DNA of 64,000 nucleotides from Laetmonice hystrix (lineage: Eukaryota), in contig OZ249436.1 of NCBI GenBank assembly GCA_965235115.1, positions 25,112,001 through 25,176,000 of the forward strand, given 5' to 3'. Shown piece by piece: positions 22,601 through 37,600 of this stretch. The notes below the pieces were generated by a model. It was not told the origin of the DNA, did no database searches, and saw only the letters and a program-made list of their open reading frames with translations. Both the position numbers and the translations under genes were made by a program. How positions within the stretch are numbered: position 1 is the stretch's first letter; each line of letters starts with the position of its first letter.

Positions 22601-25600
22601 CAGAACCCCAATCCGGCCCTAATATGTCACTCCCAGTACCAATAGACGCTGGAAGCACCATCAACTGAAATTCAGGCCTAGAACCCACCTCTCTCTACCA
22701 ATATCATGCACCTAGTCCGTATACGAGGTTGTAATTTACTTTAATCAACGGGCTGCGCCGCAGCAACCCACTCTGGTCTTTGCAATCTTTTTCACTATGC
22801 GTTAACATTTGTAACCAGCTCAACGCGCCTTGTAAAATTTTTCAAAGTGCGTAAAAGTGTGTGTCCACCCCGACACGCTTTCCAAACCACTATACCCACC
22901 GAGCGACATCCACTCAAATACAGGCTTCGACCGATCCTCACTGTGCCAATAATCCGCCACAAGGCAAATTCAGTCAATGCAAGCTGGAAAATCGAATGTC
23001 AAACCTAATGCTCCCCCCCCCAGCACGTTAACTGAAAATAATCAACTAGCTTGAAAACTAGAATATAGCTTTGTTAAGCTAACAATCTACTCTCCCAGCG
23101 CCATCAACTCGCATACAGGCGTAAAAGCAAACGCACTGCCCCATATAATGCTTCCAGCCTAAAACGATGTTGCAATTAATTTAAAATTAACAAGATGCAC
23201 TAGTAATCCGATCCAAGCCTAATTACGTCATTGCTAGTTTCATAACCAAATCTCACAGAAAATACCCCACCCGCGCACATAACCTGAAAATATTCAACTT
23301 TTATCTCCAATGTATCCCTGTGCACCTAGTAGCACCCAAGCGGGCCCAATTTTGACATTCCAACACAAATACCGCAAATACCCGCCTAATGGCACAAAAA
23401 ACTTTCTACCCCGTTGCAAGTCACATTAGCTTGCTGCTTGTCGTAAAAAATGGTGCAGACCATTTCTAAAGTCACAGTACCCCACTCCCGGCCTAATATT
23501 ACGTTTCAGTATCCATATACGCTGCAAGCGGCAGGAACTCGAATACAGGCCTAAAAGTAACCCCAGTCTAGCAATATCATACTCTCATGCCATATACGAG
23601 CTTGTAATTATCTTTAATTAATGGGCTCCGCAGCACCAACCCACTGCATTAACATTTGTTTAACAGCTTAACGCACCTTGTAAAAAATTTTCAAGTGCGT
23701 AAAAATGCGTGTCCACCTCCACATACTTTAAAAATCACTATACCCACCCAGCGACATTCACTCTAATACACGCCTAAGAGGAACTTCACTGTCCCATTTG
23801 ATTCTCCAGCACGTATAGGATGTTTCAAGTAACATTTATCCACGGTCTGGCCCAATAACGTGCAACAAGGCATAGTAAGTCAATGCGAGCTCGCATGTCA
23901 AACCTAACCCGCCCCCCAGCACATGAGCTGGAGATATTCAAATAGCTTGAAAACTAGAATATAGCTTTGCTTAATACCATTATACCATCAACTCGCATTA
24001 CAGGCCTAATGCGAAGCTCCCAGCCTAAAACGAGTTTCCAATTAATTTAAAGTTAACAAGATGCACTAATAATCGATTCCAAGCCTAATTAGGCCATTGC
24101 TAGTTGGATAACCAAATCTCATACAAAATACACCCTCCCGGCAGATGACCTGAGAATATTCAACTCTTATGTCCGATATATCCCTGTCCGCTTAGTAGCA
24201 CCCAGCCGGGCCCCCATTTTGACATTGCAACACCAATACAGCAAGTGCCCAGCTAACAGCACAAATAACAGGATTCAGGGCTTCCTACCACGTTACAAGT
24301 CACAATAGATTGCTGCCTGTCGTAAAAATATACCAGACCATTTTAAAAAGTCACAGAACCCCAATCCGGCCCTAATATGTCACTCCCAGTACCAATAGAC
24401 GCTGGAAGCACCATCAACTGAAATTCAGGCCTAGAACCCACCTCTCTCTACCAATATCATGCACCTAGTCCGTATACGAGGTTGTAATTTACTTTAATCA
24501 ACGGGCTGCGCCGCAGCAACCCACTCTGGTCTTTGCAATCTTTTTCAATATGCGTTAACATTTGTGACCAGCTCAACGCGCCTTGTAAAATTTTTCAAAG
24601 TGCGTAAAAGTGTGTGTCCACCCCGACACGCTTTCCAAACCACTATACCCACCGAGCGACATCCACTCAAATACAGGCTTCGACCGATCCTCACTGTGCC
24701 AATAATCCGCCACAAGGCAAATTCAGTCAATGCAAGCTGGAAAATCGAATGTCAAACGTAATGCTCCCCCCCCCAGCACGTTAACTGAAAAAAATCAACT
24801 AGCTTGAAAACTAGAATATAGCTTTGTTTAGCTAACAATCTACTCTCCCAGCGCCATCAACTCGCATACAGGCGTAAAAGCAAACGCACTGCCCCATATA
24901 ATGCTCCCAGCCTAAGACGATGTTGCAATTAATTTAAGATTAACAAGATGCACTAGTAATCCGATCCAAGCCTAATTACGTCATTGCTAGTTTCATAACC
25001 AAATCTCACAGAAAATACCCCACCCGCGCACATAACCTGAAAATATTCAACTTTTATCTCCAATGTATCCCTGTGCACCTAGTAGCACCCAAGCGGGCCC
25101 AATTTTGACATTCCAACACAAATACCGCAAATACCCGCCTAATGGCACAAAAAACTTTCTACCCCGTTGCAAGTCACATTAGCTTGCTGCTTGTCGTAAA
25201 AAATGGTGCAGACCATTTCTAAAGTCACAGTACCCCACTCCCGGCCTAATATTACGTTTCAGTATCCATATACGCTGCAAGCGGCAAGAACTCGAATACA
25301 GGCCTAAAAGTAACCCCAGTCTAGCAATATCATACTCTCATGCCATATACGAGCTTGTAATTATCTTTAATTAATGGGCTCCGCAGCACCAACCCACTGC
25401 ATTAACATTTGTTTAACAGCTTAACGCACCTTGTAAAAAATTTTCAAGTGCGTAAAAATGCGTGTCCACCTCCACATACTTTAAAAATCACTATACCCAC
25501 CCAGCGACATTCACTCTAATACACGCCTAAGAGGAACTTCACTGTCCCATTTGATTCTCCAGCACGTATAGGATGTTTCAAGTAACATTCATCCACGGTC

Positions 25601-28600
25601 TGGCCCAATAACGTGCAACAAGGCATAGTAAGTCAATGCGAGCTCGCATGTCAAACCTAACCCGCCCCCAAGCACATGAGCTGAAAATATTCAAATAGCT
25701 TGAAAACTAGAATATAGCTTTGCTTAATACCATTATACCATCAACTCGCATTACAGGCCTAATGCGAAGCTCCCAGCCTAAAACGAGTTTCCAATTAATT
25801 TAAAGTTAACAAGATGCACTAATAATCGATTCCAAGCCTAATTAGGCCATTGCTAGTTGGATAACCAAATCTCATACAAAATACACCCTCCCGGCAGATG
25901 ACCTGAGAATATTCAACTCTTATGTCCGATATATCCCTGTCCGCTTTGTAGCACCCAGCCGGGCCCCCATTTTGACATTGCAACACCAATACAGCAAGTG
26001 CCCAGCTAACAGCACAAATAACAGGATTCAGGGCTTCCTACCACGTTACAAGTCACAATAGATTGCTGCCTGTCGTAAAAATATACCAGACCATTTTAAA
26101 AAGTCACAGAACCCCAATCCGGCCCTAATATGTCACTCCCAGTACCAATACACTCTGGAAGCACCATCAACTGAAATTCAGGCCTAGAACCCACCTCTCT
26201 CTACCAATATCATGCACCTAGTCCGTATACGAGGTTGTAATTTACTTTAATCAACGGGCTGCGCCGCAGCAACCCACTCTGGTCTTTGCAATCTTTTTCA
26301 ATATGCGTTAACATTTGTAACCAGCTCAACGCGCCTTGTAAAATTTTTCAAAGTGCGTAAAAGTGTGTGTCCACCCCGACACGCTTTCCAAACCACTATA
26401 CCCACCGAGCGACATCCACTCAAATACAGGCTTCGACCGATCCTCACTGTGCCAATAATCCGCCACAAGGCAAATTCAGTCAATGCAAGCTGGAAAATCG
26501 AATGTCAAACCTAATACTCCCCCCCCCAGCACGTTAACTGAAAATAATCAACTAGCTTGAAAACTAGAATATAGCTTTGTTTAGCTAACAATCTACTCTC
26601 CCAGCGCCATCAACTCGCATAGAGGCGTAAAAGCAAACGCACTGCCCCATATAATGCTCCCAGCCTAAAACGATGTTGCAATTAATTTAAAATTAACAAG
26701 ATGCACTAGTAATCCGATCCAAGCTTAATTACGTCATTGCTAGTTTCATAACCAAATCTCACAGAAAATACCCCACCCGGGCACATAACCTGAAAATATT
26801 CAACTTTTATCTCCAATGTATCCCTGTGCACCTAGTAGCACCCAAGCGGGCCCAATTTTGACATCCCAACACAAATACCGCAAATACCCGCCTAATGGCA
26901 CAAAAAACTTTCTACCCCGTTGCAAGTCACATTAGCGTGCTGCTTGTCGTAAAAAATGGTGCAGACCATTTCTAAAGTCACAGTACCCCACTCCCGGCCT
27001 AATATTACGTTTCAGTATCCATATACGCTGCAAGCGGCAGGAACTCGAATACAGGCCTAAAAGTAACCTCAGTCTAGCAATATCATACTCCCATGCCATA
27101 TACGAGCTTGTAATTATCTTTAATTAATGGGCTCCGCAGCACCAACCCACTGCATTAACATTTGTTTAACAGCTTAACACACCTTGTAAAATTTTTTCAA
27201 GTGCGTAAAAATGCGTGTCCACCTCCACATACTTTAAAAATCACTATACCCACCCAGCGACATCCACTCTAATACACGCCTAAAAGGAACTTCACTGTCC
27301 CATTTGATTCTCCAGCACGTATAGGATGTTTCAAGTAACATTCATCCACGGTCTGGCCCAATAACGTGCAACAAGGCATAGTAAGTCAATGCGAGCTCGC
27401 ATGTCAAACCTAACCCGCCCCCAAGCACATGAGCTGAAAATATTCAAATAGCTTGAAAACTAGAATATAGCTTTGTTTAATACCATTATACCATCAACTC
27501 GCATTACAGGCCTAATGCGAAGCTCCCAGCCTAAAACGAGTTTCCAATTAATTTAAAGTTAACAAGATGCACTAATAATCGATTCCAAGCCTAATTAGGC
27601 CATTGCTAGTTGGATAACCAAATCTCATACAAAATACACCCTCCCGGCAGATGACCTGAGAATATTCAACTCTTATGTCCGATATATCCCTGTCCGCTTA
27701 GTAGCACCCAGCCGGGCCCCCATTTTGACATTGCAACACCAATACAGCAAGTGCCCAGCTAACAGCACAAATAACAGGATTCAGGGCTTCCTACCACGTT
27801 ACAAGTCACAATAGATTGCTGCCTGTCGTAAAAATATACCAGACCATTTTAAAAAGTCACAGAACCCCAATCCGGCCCTAATATGTCACTCCCAGTACCA
27901 ATAGACGCTGGAAGCACCATCAACTGAAATTCAGGCCTAGAACCCACCTCTCTCTACCAATATCATGCACCTAGTCCGTATACGAGGTTGTAATTTCCTT
28001 TAATCAACGGGCTGCGCCGCAGCAACCCACTCTGGTCTTTGCAATCTTTTTCAATATGCGTTAACATTTGTGACCAGCTCAACGCGCCTTGTAAAATTTT
28101 TCAAAGTGCGTAAAAGTGTGTGTCCACCCCGACACGCTTTCCAAACCACTATACCCACCGAGCGACATCCACTCAAATACAGGCTTCGACCGATCCTCAC
28201 TGTGCCAATAATCCGCCACAAGGCAAATTCAGTCAATGCAAGCTGGAAAATCGAATGTCAAACCTAATGCTCCCCCCCCCCAGCACGTTAACTGAAAATA
28301 ATCAACTAGCTTGAAAACTAGAATATAGCTTTGTTTAGCTAACAATCTACTCTCCCAGCGCCATCAACTCGCATACAGGCGTAAAAGCAAACGCACTGCC
28401 CCATATAATGCTCCCAGCATAAAACGATGTTGCAATTAATTTAAAATTAACAAGATGCACTAGTAATCCGATCCAAGCCTAATTACGTCATTGCTAGTTT
28501 CATAACCAAATCTCACAGAAAATACCCCACCCGCGCACATAACCTGAAAATATTCAACTTTTATCTCCAATGTATCCCTGTGCACCTAGTAGCACCCAAG

Positions 28601-31600
28601 CGGGCCCAATTTTGACATTCCAACACAAATACCGCAAATACCCGCCTAATGGCACAAAAAACTTTCTACCCCGTTGCAAGTCACATTAGCTTGCTGCTTG
28701 TCGTAAAAAATGGTGCAGACCATTTCTAAAGTCACAGTACCCCACTCCCGGCCTAATATTACGTTTCAGTATCCATATACGCTGCAAGCGGCAGGAACTC
28801 GAATACAGGCCTAAAAGTAACCCCAGTCTAGCAATATCATACTCTCATGCCATATACGAGCTTGTAATTATCTTTAATTAATGGGCTCCGCAGCACCAAC
28901 CCACTGCATTAACATTTGTTTAACAGCTTAACGCACCTTGTAAAAAAATTTTCAAGTGCGTAAAAATGCGTGTCCACCTCCACATACTTTAAAAATCACT
29001 ATACCCACCCAGCGACATTCACTCTAATACACGCCTAAGAGGAACTTCACTGTCCCATTTGATTCTCCAGCACGTATAGGATGTTTCAAGTAACATTTAT
29101 CCACGGTCTGGCCCAATAACGTGCAACAAGGCATAGTAAGTCAATGCGAGCTCGCATGTCAAACCTAACCCGCCCCCCAGCACATGAGCTGAAAATATTC
29201 AAATAGCTTGAAAACTAGAATATAGCTTTGCTTAATACCATTATACCATCAACTCGCATTACAGGCCTAATGCGAAGCTCCCAGCCTAAAACGAGTTTCC
29301 AATTAATTTAAAGTTAACAAGATGCACTAATAATCGATTCCAAGCCTAATTAGGCCATTGCTAGTTGGATAACCAAATCTCATACAAAATACACCCTCCC
29401 GGCAGATGACCTGAGAATATTCAACTCTTATGTCCGATATATCCCTGTCCGCTTAGTAGCACCCAGCCGGGCCCCGATTTTGACATTGCAACACCAATAC
29501 AGCAAGTGCCCAGCTAACAGCACAAATAACAGGATTCAGGGCTTCCTACCACGTTACAAGTCACAATAGATTGCTGCCTGTCGTAAAAATATACCAGACC
29601 ATTTTAAAAAGTCACAGAACCCCAATCCGGCCCTAATATGTCACTCCCAGTACCAATAGACGCTGGAAGCACCATCAACTGAAATTCAGGCCTAGAACCC
29701 ACCTCTCTCTACCAATATCATGCACCTAGTCCGTATACGAGGTTGTAATTTACTTTAATCAACGGGCTGCGCCGCAGCAACCCACTCTGGTCTTTGCAAT
29801 CTTTTTCAATATGCGTTAACATTTGTAACCAGCTCAACGCGCCTTGTAAAATTTTTCAAAGTGCGTAAAAGTGTGTGTCCACCCCGACACGCTTTCCAAA
29901 CCACTATACCCACCGAGCGACATCCACTCAAATACAGGCTTCGACCGATCCTCACTGTGCCAATAATCCGCCACAAGGCAAATTCAGACAATGCAAGCTG
30001 GAAAATCGAATGTCAAACCTAATGCTCCCCCCCCCCCCAGCACGTTAACTGAAAATAATCAACTAGCTTGAAAACTAGAATATAGCTTTGTTAAGCTAAC
30101 AATCTACTCTCCCAGCGCCATCAACTCGCATACAGGCGTAAAAGCAAACGCACTGCCCCATATAATGCTTCCAGCCTAAAACGATGTTGCAATTAATTTA
30201 AAATTAACAAGATGCACTAGTAATCCGATCCAAGCCTAATTACGTCATTGCTAGTTTCATAACCAAATCTCACAGAAAATACCCCACCCGCGCACATAAC
30301 CTGAAAATATTCAACTTTTATCTCCAATGTATCCCTGTGCACCTAGTAGCACCCAAGCGGGCCCAATTTTGACATTCCAACACAAATACCGCAAATACCC
30401 GCCTAATGGCACAAAAAACTTTCTACCCCGTTGCAAGTCACATTAGCTTGCTGCTTGTCGTAAAAAATGGTGCAGACCATTTCTAAAGTCACAGTACCCC
30501 ACTCCCGGCCTAATATTACGTTTCAGTATCCATATACGCTGCAAGCGGCAGGAACTCGAATACAGGCCTAAAAGTAACCCCAGTCTAGCAATATCATACT
30601 CTCATGCCATATACGAGCTTGTAATTATCTTTAATTAATGGGCTCCGCAGCACCAACCCACTGCATTAACATTTGTTTAACAGCTTAACGCACCTTGTAA
30701 AAAATTTTCAAGTGCGTAAAAATGCGTGTCCACCTCCACATACTTTAAAAATCACTATACCCACCCAGCGACATTCACTCTAATACACGCCTAAGAGGAA
30801 CTTCACTGTCCCATTTGATTCTCCAGCACGTATAGGATGTTTCAAGTAACATTTATCCACGGTCTGGCCCAATAACGTGCAACAAGGCATAGTAAGTCAA
30901 TGCGACCTCGCATGTCAAACCTAACCCGCCCCCCAGCACATGAGCTGGAGATATTCAAATAGCTTGAAAACTAGAATATAGCTTTGCTTAATACCATTAT
31001 ACCATCAACTCGCATTACAGGCCTAATGCGAAGCTCCCAGCCTAAAACGAGTTTCCAATTAATTTAAAGTTAACAAGATGCACTAATAATCGATTCCAAG
31101 CCTAATTAGGCCATTGCTAGTTGGATAACCAAATCTCATACAAAATACACCCTCCCGGCAGATGACCTGAGAATATTCAACTCTTATGTCCGATATATCC
31201 CTGTCCGCTTAGTAGCACCCAGCCGGGCCCCCATTTTGACATTGCAACACCAATACAGCAAGTGCCCAGCTAACAGCACAAATAACAGGATTCAGGGCTT
31301 CCTACCACGTTACAAGTCACAATAGATTGCTGCCTGTCGTAAAAATATACCAGACCATTTTAAAAAGTCACAGAACCCCAATCCGGCCCTAATATGTCAC
31401 TCCCAGTACCAATAGACGCTGGAAGCACCATCAACTGAAATTCAGGCCTAGAACCCACCTCTCTCTACCAATATCATGCACCTAGTCCGTATACGAGGTT
31501 GTAATTTCCTTTAATCAACGGGCTGCGCCGCAGCAACCCACTCTGGTCTTTGCAATCTTTTTCAATATGCGTTAACATTTGTGACCAGCTCAACGCGCCT

Positions 31601-34600
31601 TGTAAAATTTTTCAAAGTGCGTAAAAGTGTGTGTCCACCCCGACACGCTTTCCAAACCACTATACCCACCGAGCGACATCCACTCAAATACAGGCTTCGA
31701 CCGATCCTCACTGTGCCAATAATCCGCCACAAGGCAAATTCAGTCAATGCAAGCTGGAAAATCGAATGTCAAACCTAATGCTCCCCCCCCCCAGCACGTT
31801 AACTGAAAATAATCAACTAGCTTGAAAACTAGAATATAGCTTTGTTAAGCTAACAATCTACTCTCCCAGCGCCATCAACTCGCATACAGGCGTAAAAGCA
31901 AACGCACTGCCCCATATAATGCTCCCAGCCTAAAACGATGTTGCAATTAATTTAAAATTAACAAGATGCACTAGTAATCCGATCCAAGCCTAATTACGTC
32001 ATTGCTAGTTTCATAACCAAATCTCACAGAAAATACCCCACCCGCGCACATAACCTGAAAATATTCAACTTTTATCTCCAATGTATCCCTGTGCACCTAG
32101 TAGCACCCAAGCGGGCCCAATTTTGACATTCCAACACAAATACCGCAAATACCCGCCTAATGGCACAAAAAACTTTCTACCCCGTTGCAAGTCACATTAG
32201 CTTGCTGCTTGTCGTAAAAAATGGTGCAGACCATTTCTAAAGTCACAGTACCCCACTCCCGGCCTAATATTACGTTTCAGTATCCATATACGCTGCAAGC
32301 GGCAGGAACTCGAATACAGGCCTAAAAGTAACCCCAGTCTAGCAATATCATACTCTCATGCCATATACGAGCTTGTAATTATCTTTAATTAATGGGCTCC
32401 GCAGCACCAACCCACTGCATTAACATTTGTTTAACAGCTTAACGCACCTTGTAAAAAATTTTCAAGTGCGTAAAAATGCGTGTCCACCTCCACATACTTT
32501 AAAAATCACTATACCCACCCAGCGACATTCACTCTAATACACGCCTAAGAGGAACTTCACTGTCCCATTTGATTCTCCAGCACGTATAGGATGTTTCAAG
32601 TAACATTTATCCACGGTCTGGCCCAATAACGTGCAACAAGGCATAGTAAGTCAATGCGACCTCGCATGTCAAACCTAACCCGCCCCCCAGCACATGAGCT
32701 GGAGATATTCAAATAGCTTGAAAACTAGAATATAGCTTTGCTTAATACCATTATACCATCAACTCGCATTACAGGCCTAATGCGAAGCTCCCAGCCTAAA
32801 ACGAGTTTCCAATTAATTTAAAGTTAACAACATGCACTAATAATCGATTCCAAGCCTAATTAGGCCATTGCTAGTTGGATAACCAAATCTCATACAAAAT
32901 ACACCCTCCCGGCAGATGACCTGAGAATATTCAACTCTTATGTCCGATATATCCCTGTCCGCTTAGTAGCACCCAGCCGGGCCCCCATTTTGACATTGCA
33001 ACACCAATACAGCAAGTGCCCAGCTAACAGCACAAATAACAGGATTCAGGGCTTCCTACCACGTTACAAGTCACAATAGATTGCTGCCTGTCGTAAAAAT
33101 ATACCAGACCATTTTAAAAAGTCACAGAACCCCAATCCGGCCCTAATATGTCACTCCCAGTACCAATAGACGCTGGAAGCACCATCAACTGAAATTCAGG
33201 CCTAGAACCCACCTCTCTCTACCAATATCATGCACCTAGTCCGTATACGAGGTTGTAATTTACTTTAATCAACGGGCTGCGCCGCAGCAACCCACTCTGG
33301 TCTTTGCAATCTTTTTCAATATGCGTTAACATTTGTGACCAGCTCAACGCGCCTTGTAAAATTTTTCAAAGTGCGTAAAAGTGTGTGTCCACCCCGACAC
33401 GCTTTCCAAACCACTATACCCACCGAGCGACATCCACTCAAATACAGGCTTCGACCGATCCTCACTGTGCCAATAATCCGCCACAAGGCAAATTCAGTCA
33501 ATGCAAGCTGGAAAATCGAATGTCAAACCTAATGCTCCCCCCCCCAGCACGTTAACTGAAAAAAATCAACTAGCTTGAAAACTAGAATATAGCTTTGTTT
33601 AGCTAACAATCTACTCTCCCAGCGCCATCAACTCGCATACAGGCGTAAAAGCAAACGCACTGCCCCATATAATGCTCCCAGCCTAAGACGATGTTGCAAT
33701 TAATTTAAGATTAACAAGATGCACTAGTAATCCGATCCAAGCCTAATTACGTCATTGCTAGTTTCATAACCAAATCTCACAGAAAATACCCCACCCGCGC
33801 ACATAACCTGAAAATATTCAACTTTTATCTCCAATGTATCCCTGTGCACCTAGTAGCACACAAGCGGGACCAATTTTGACATCCCAACACAAATACCGCA
33901 AATACCCGCCTAATGGCACAAAAAACTTTCTACCCCGTTGCAAGTCACATTAGCGTGCTGCTTGTCGTAAAAAATGGTGCAGACCATTTCTAAAGTCACA
34001 GTACCCCACTCCCGGCCTAATATTACGTTTCAGTATCCATATACGCTGCAAGCGGCAGGAACTCGAATACAGGCCTAAAAGTAACCTCAGTCTAGCAATA
34101 TCATACTCCCATGCCATATACGAGCTTGTAATTATCTTTAATTAATGGGCTCCGCAGCACCAACCCACTGCATTAACATTTGTTTAACAGCTTAACGCAC
34201 CTTGTAAAATTTTTTCAAGTGCGTAAAAATGCGTGTCCACCTCCACATACTTTAAAAATCACTATACCCACCCAGCGACATCCACTCTAATACACGCCTA
34301 AAAGGAACTTCACTGTCCCATTTGATTCTCCAGCACGTATAGGATGTTTCAAGTAACATTCATCCACGGTCTGGCCCAATAACGTGCAACAAGGCATAGT
34401 AAGTCAATGCGAGCTCGCATGTCAAACCTAACCCGCCCCCAAGCACATGAGCTGAAAATATTCAAATAGCTTGAAAACTAGAATATAGCTTTGCTTAATA
34501 CCATTATACCATCAACTCGCATTACAGGCCTAATGCGAAGCTCCCAGCCTAAAACGAGTTTCCAATTAATTTAAAGTTAACAAGATGCACTAATAATCGA

Positions 34601-37600
34601 TTCCAAGCCTAATTAGGCCATTGCTAGTTGGATAACCAAATCTCATACAAAATACACCCTCCCGGCAGATGACCTGAGAATATTCAACTCTTATGTCCGA
34701 TATATCCCTGTCCGCTTAGTAGCACCCAGCCGGGCCCCCATTTTGACATTGCAACACCAATACAGCAAGTGCCCAGCTAACAGCACAAATAACAGGATTC
34801 AGGGCTTCCTACCACGTTACAAGTCACAATAGATTGCTGCCTGTCGTAAAAATATACCAGACCATTTTAAAAAGTCACAGAACCCCAATCCGGCCCTAAT
34901 ATGTCACTCCCAGTACCAATAGACGCTGGAAGCACCATCAACTGAAATTCAGGCCTAGAACCCACCTCTCTCTACCAATATCATGCACCTAGTCCGTATA
35001 CGAGGTTGTAATTTACTTTAATCAACGGGCTGCGCCGCAGCAACCCACTCTGGTCTTTGCAATCTTTTTCAATATGCGTTAACATTTGTGACCAGCTCAA
35101 CGCGCCTTGTAAAATTTTTCAAAGTGCGTAAAAGTGTGTGTCCACCCCGACACGCTTTCCAAACCACTATACCCACCGAGCGACATCCACTCAAATACAG
35201 GCTTCGACCGATCCTCACTGTGCCAATAATCCGCCACAAGGCAAATTCAGTCAATGCAAGCTGGAAAATCGAATGTCAAACCTAATGCTCCCCCCCCAGC
35301 ACGTTAACTGAAAAAAATCAACTAGCTTGAAAACTAGAATATAGCTTTGTTTAGCTAACAATCTACTCTCCCAGCGCCATCAACTCGCATACAGGCGTAA
35401 AAGCAAACGCACTGCCCCATATAATGCTCCCAGCCTAAGACGATGTTGCAATTAATTTAAGATTAACAAGATGCACTAGTAATCCGATCCAAGCCTAATT
35501 ACGTCATTGCTAGTTTCATAACCAAATCTCACAGAAAATACCCCACCCGCGCACATAACCTGAAAATATTCAACTTTTATCTCCAATGTATCCCTGTGCA
35601 CCTAGTAGCACCCAAGCGGGCCCAATTTTGACATTCCAACACAAATACCGCAAATACCCGCCTAATGGCACAAAAAACTTTCTACCCCGTTGCAAGTCAC
35701 ATTAGCTTGCTGCTTGTCGTAAAAAATGGTGCAGACCATTTCTAAAGTCACAGTACCCCACTCCCGGCCTAATATTACGTTTCAGTATCCATATACGCTG
35801 CAAGCGGCAAGAACTCGAATACAGGCCTAAAAGTAACCCCAGTCTAGCAATATCATACTCTCATGCCATATACGAGCTTGTAATTATCTTTAATTAATGG
35901 GCTCCGCAGCACCAACCCACTGCATTAACATTTGTTTAACAGCTTAACGCACCTTGTAAAAAATTTTCAAGTGCGTAAAAATGCGTGTCCACCTCCACAT
36001 ACTTTAAAAATCACTATACCCACCCAGCGACATTCACTCTAATACACGCCTAAGAGGAACTTCACTGTCCCATTTGATTCTCCAGCACGTATAGGATGTT
36101 TCAAGTAACATTCATCCACGGTCTGGCCCAATAACGTGCAACAAGGCATAGTAAGTCAATGCGAGCTCGCATGTCAAACCTAACCCGCCCCCCAGCACAT
36201 GAGCTGAAAATATTCAAATAGCTTGAAAACTAGAATATAGCTTTGCTTAATACCATTATACCATCAACTCGCATTACAGGCCTAATGCGAAGCTCCCAGC
36301 CTAAAACGAGTTTCCAATTAATTTAAAGTTAACAAGATGCACTAATAATCGATTCCAAGCCTAATTAGGCCATTGCTAGTTGGATAACCAAATCTCATAC
36401 AAAATACACCCTCCCGGCAGATGACCTGAGAATATTCAACTCTTATGTCCGATATATCCCTGTCCGCTTTGTAGCACCCAGCCGGGCCCCCATTTTGACA
36501 TTGCAACACCAATACAGCAAGTGCCCAGCTAACAGCACAAATAACAGGATTCAGGGCTTCCTACCACGTTACAAGTCACAATAGATTGCTGCCTGTCGTA
36601 AAAATATACCAGACCATTTTAAAAAGTCACAGAACCCCAATCCGGCCCTAATATGTCACTCCCAGTACCAATACACTCTGGAAGCACCATCAACTGAAAT
36701 TCAGGCCTAGAACCCACCTCTCTCTACCAATATCATGCACCTAGTCCGTATACGAGGTTGTAATTTACTTTAATCAACGGGCTGCACCGCAGCAACCCAC
36801 TCTGGTCTTTGCAATCTTTTTCAATATGCGTTAACATTTGTAACCAGCTCAACGCGCCTTGTAAAATTTTTCAAAGTGCGTAAAAGTGTGTGTCCACCCC
36901 GACACGCTTTCCAAACCACTATACCCACCGAGCGACATCCACTCAAATACAGGCTTCGACCGATCCTCACTGTGCCAATAATCCGCCACAAGGCAAATTC
37001 AGTCAATGGAAGCTGGAAAATCGAATGTCAAACCTAATGCTCCCCCCCCCCCAGCACGTTAACTGAAAATAATCAACTAGCTTGAAAACTAGAATATAGC
37101 TTTGTTTAGCTAACAATCTACTCTCCCAGCGCCATCAACTCGCATACAGGCGTAAAAGCAAACGCACTGCCCCATATAATGCTCCCAGCCTAAAACGATG
37201 TTGCAATTAATTTAAAATTAACAAGATGCACTAGTAATCCGATCCAAGCCTAATTACGTCATTGCTAGTTTCATAACCAAATCTCACAGAAAATACCCCA
37301 CCCGCGCACATAACCTGAAAATATTCAACTTTTATCTCCAATGTATCCCTGTGCACCTAGTAGCACCCAAGCGGGCCCAATTTTGACATTCCAACACAAA
37401 TACCGCAAATACCCGCCTAATGGCACAAAAAACTTTCTACCCCGTTGCAAGTCACATTAGCTTGCTGCTTGTCGTAAAAAATGGTGCAGACCATTTCTAA
37501 AGTCACAGTACCCCACTCCCGGCCTAATATTACGTTTCAGTATCCATATACGCTGCAAGCGGCAGGAACTCGAATACAGGCCTAAAAGTAACCCCAGTCT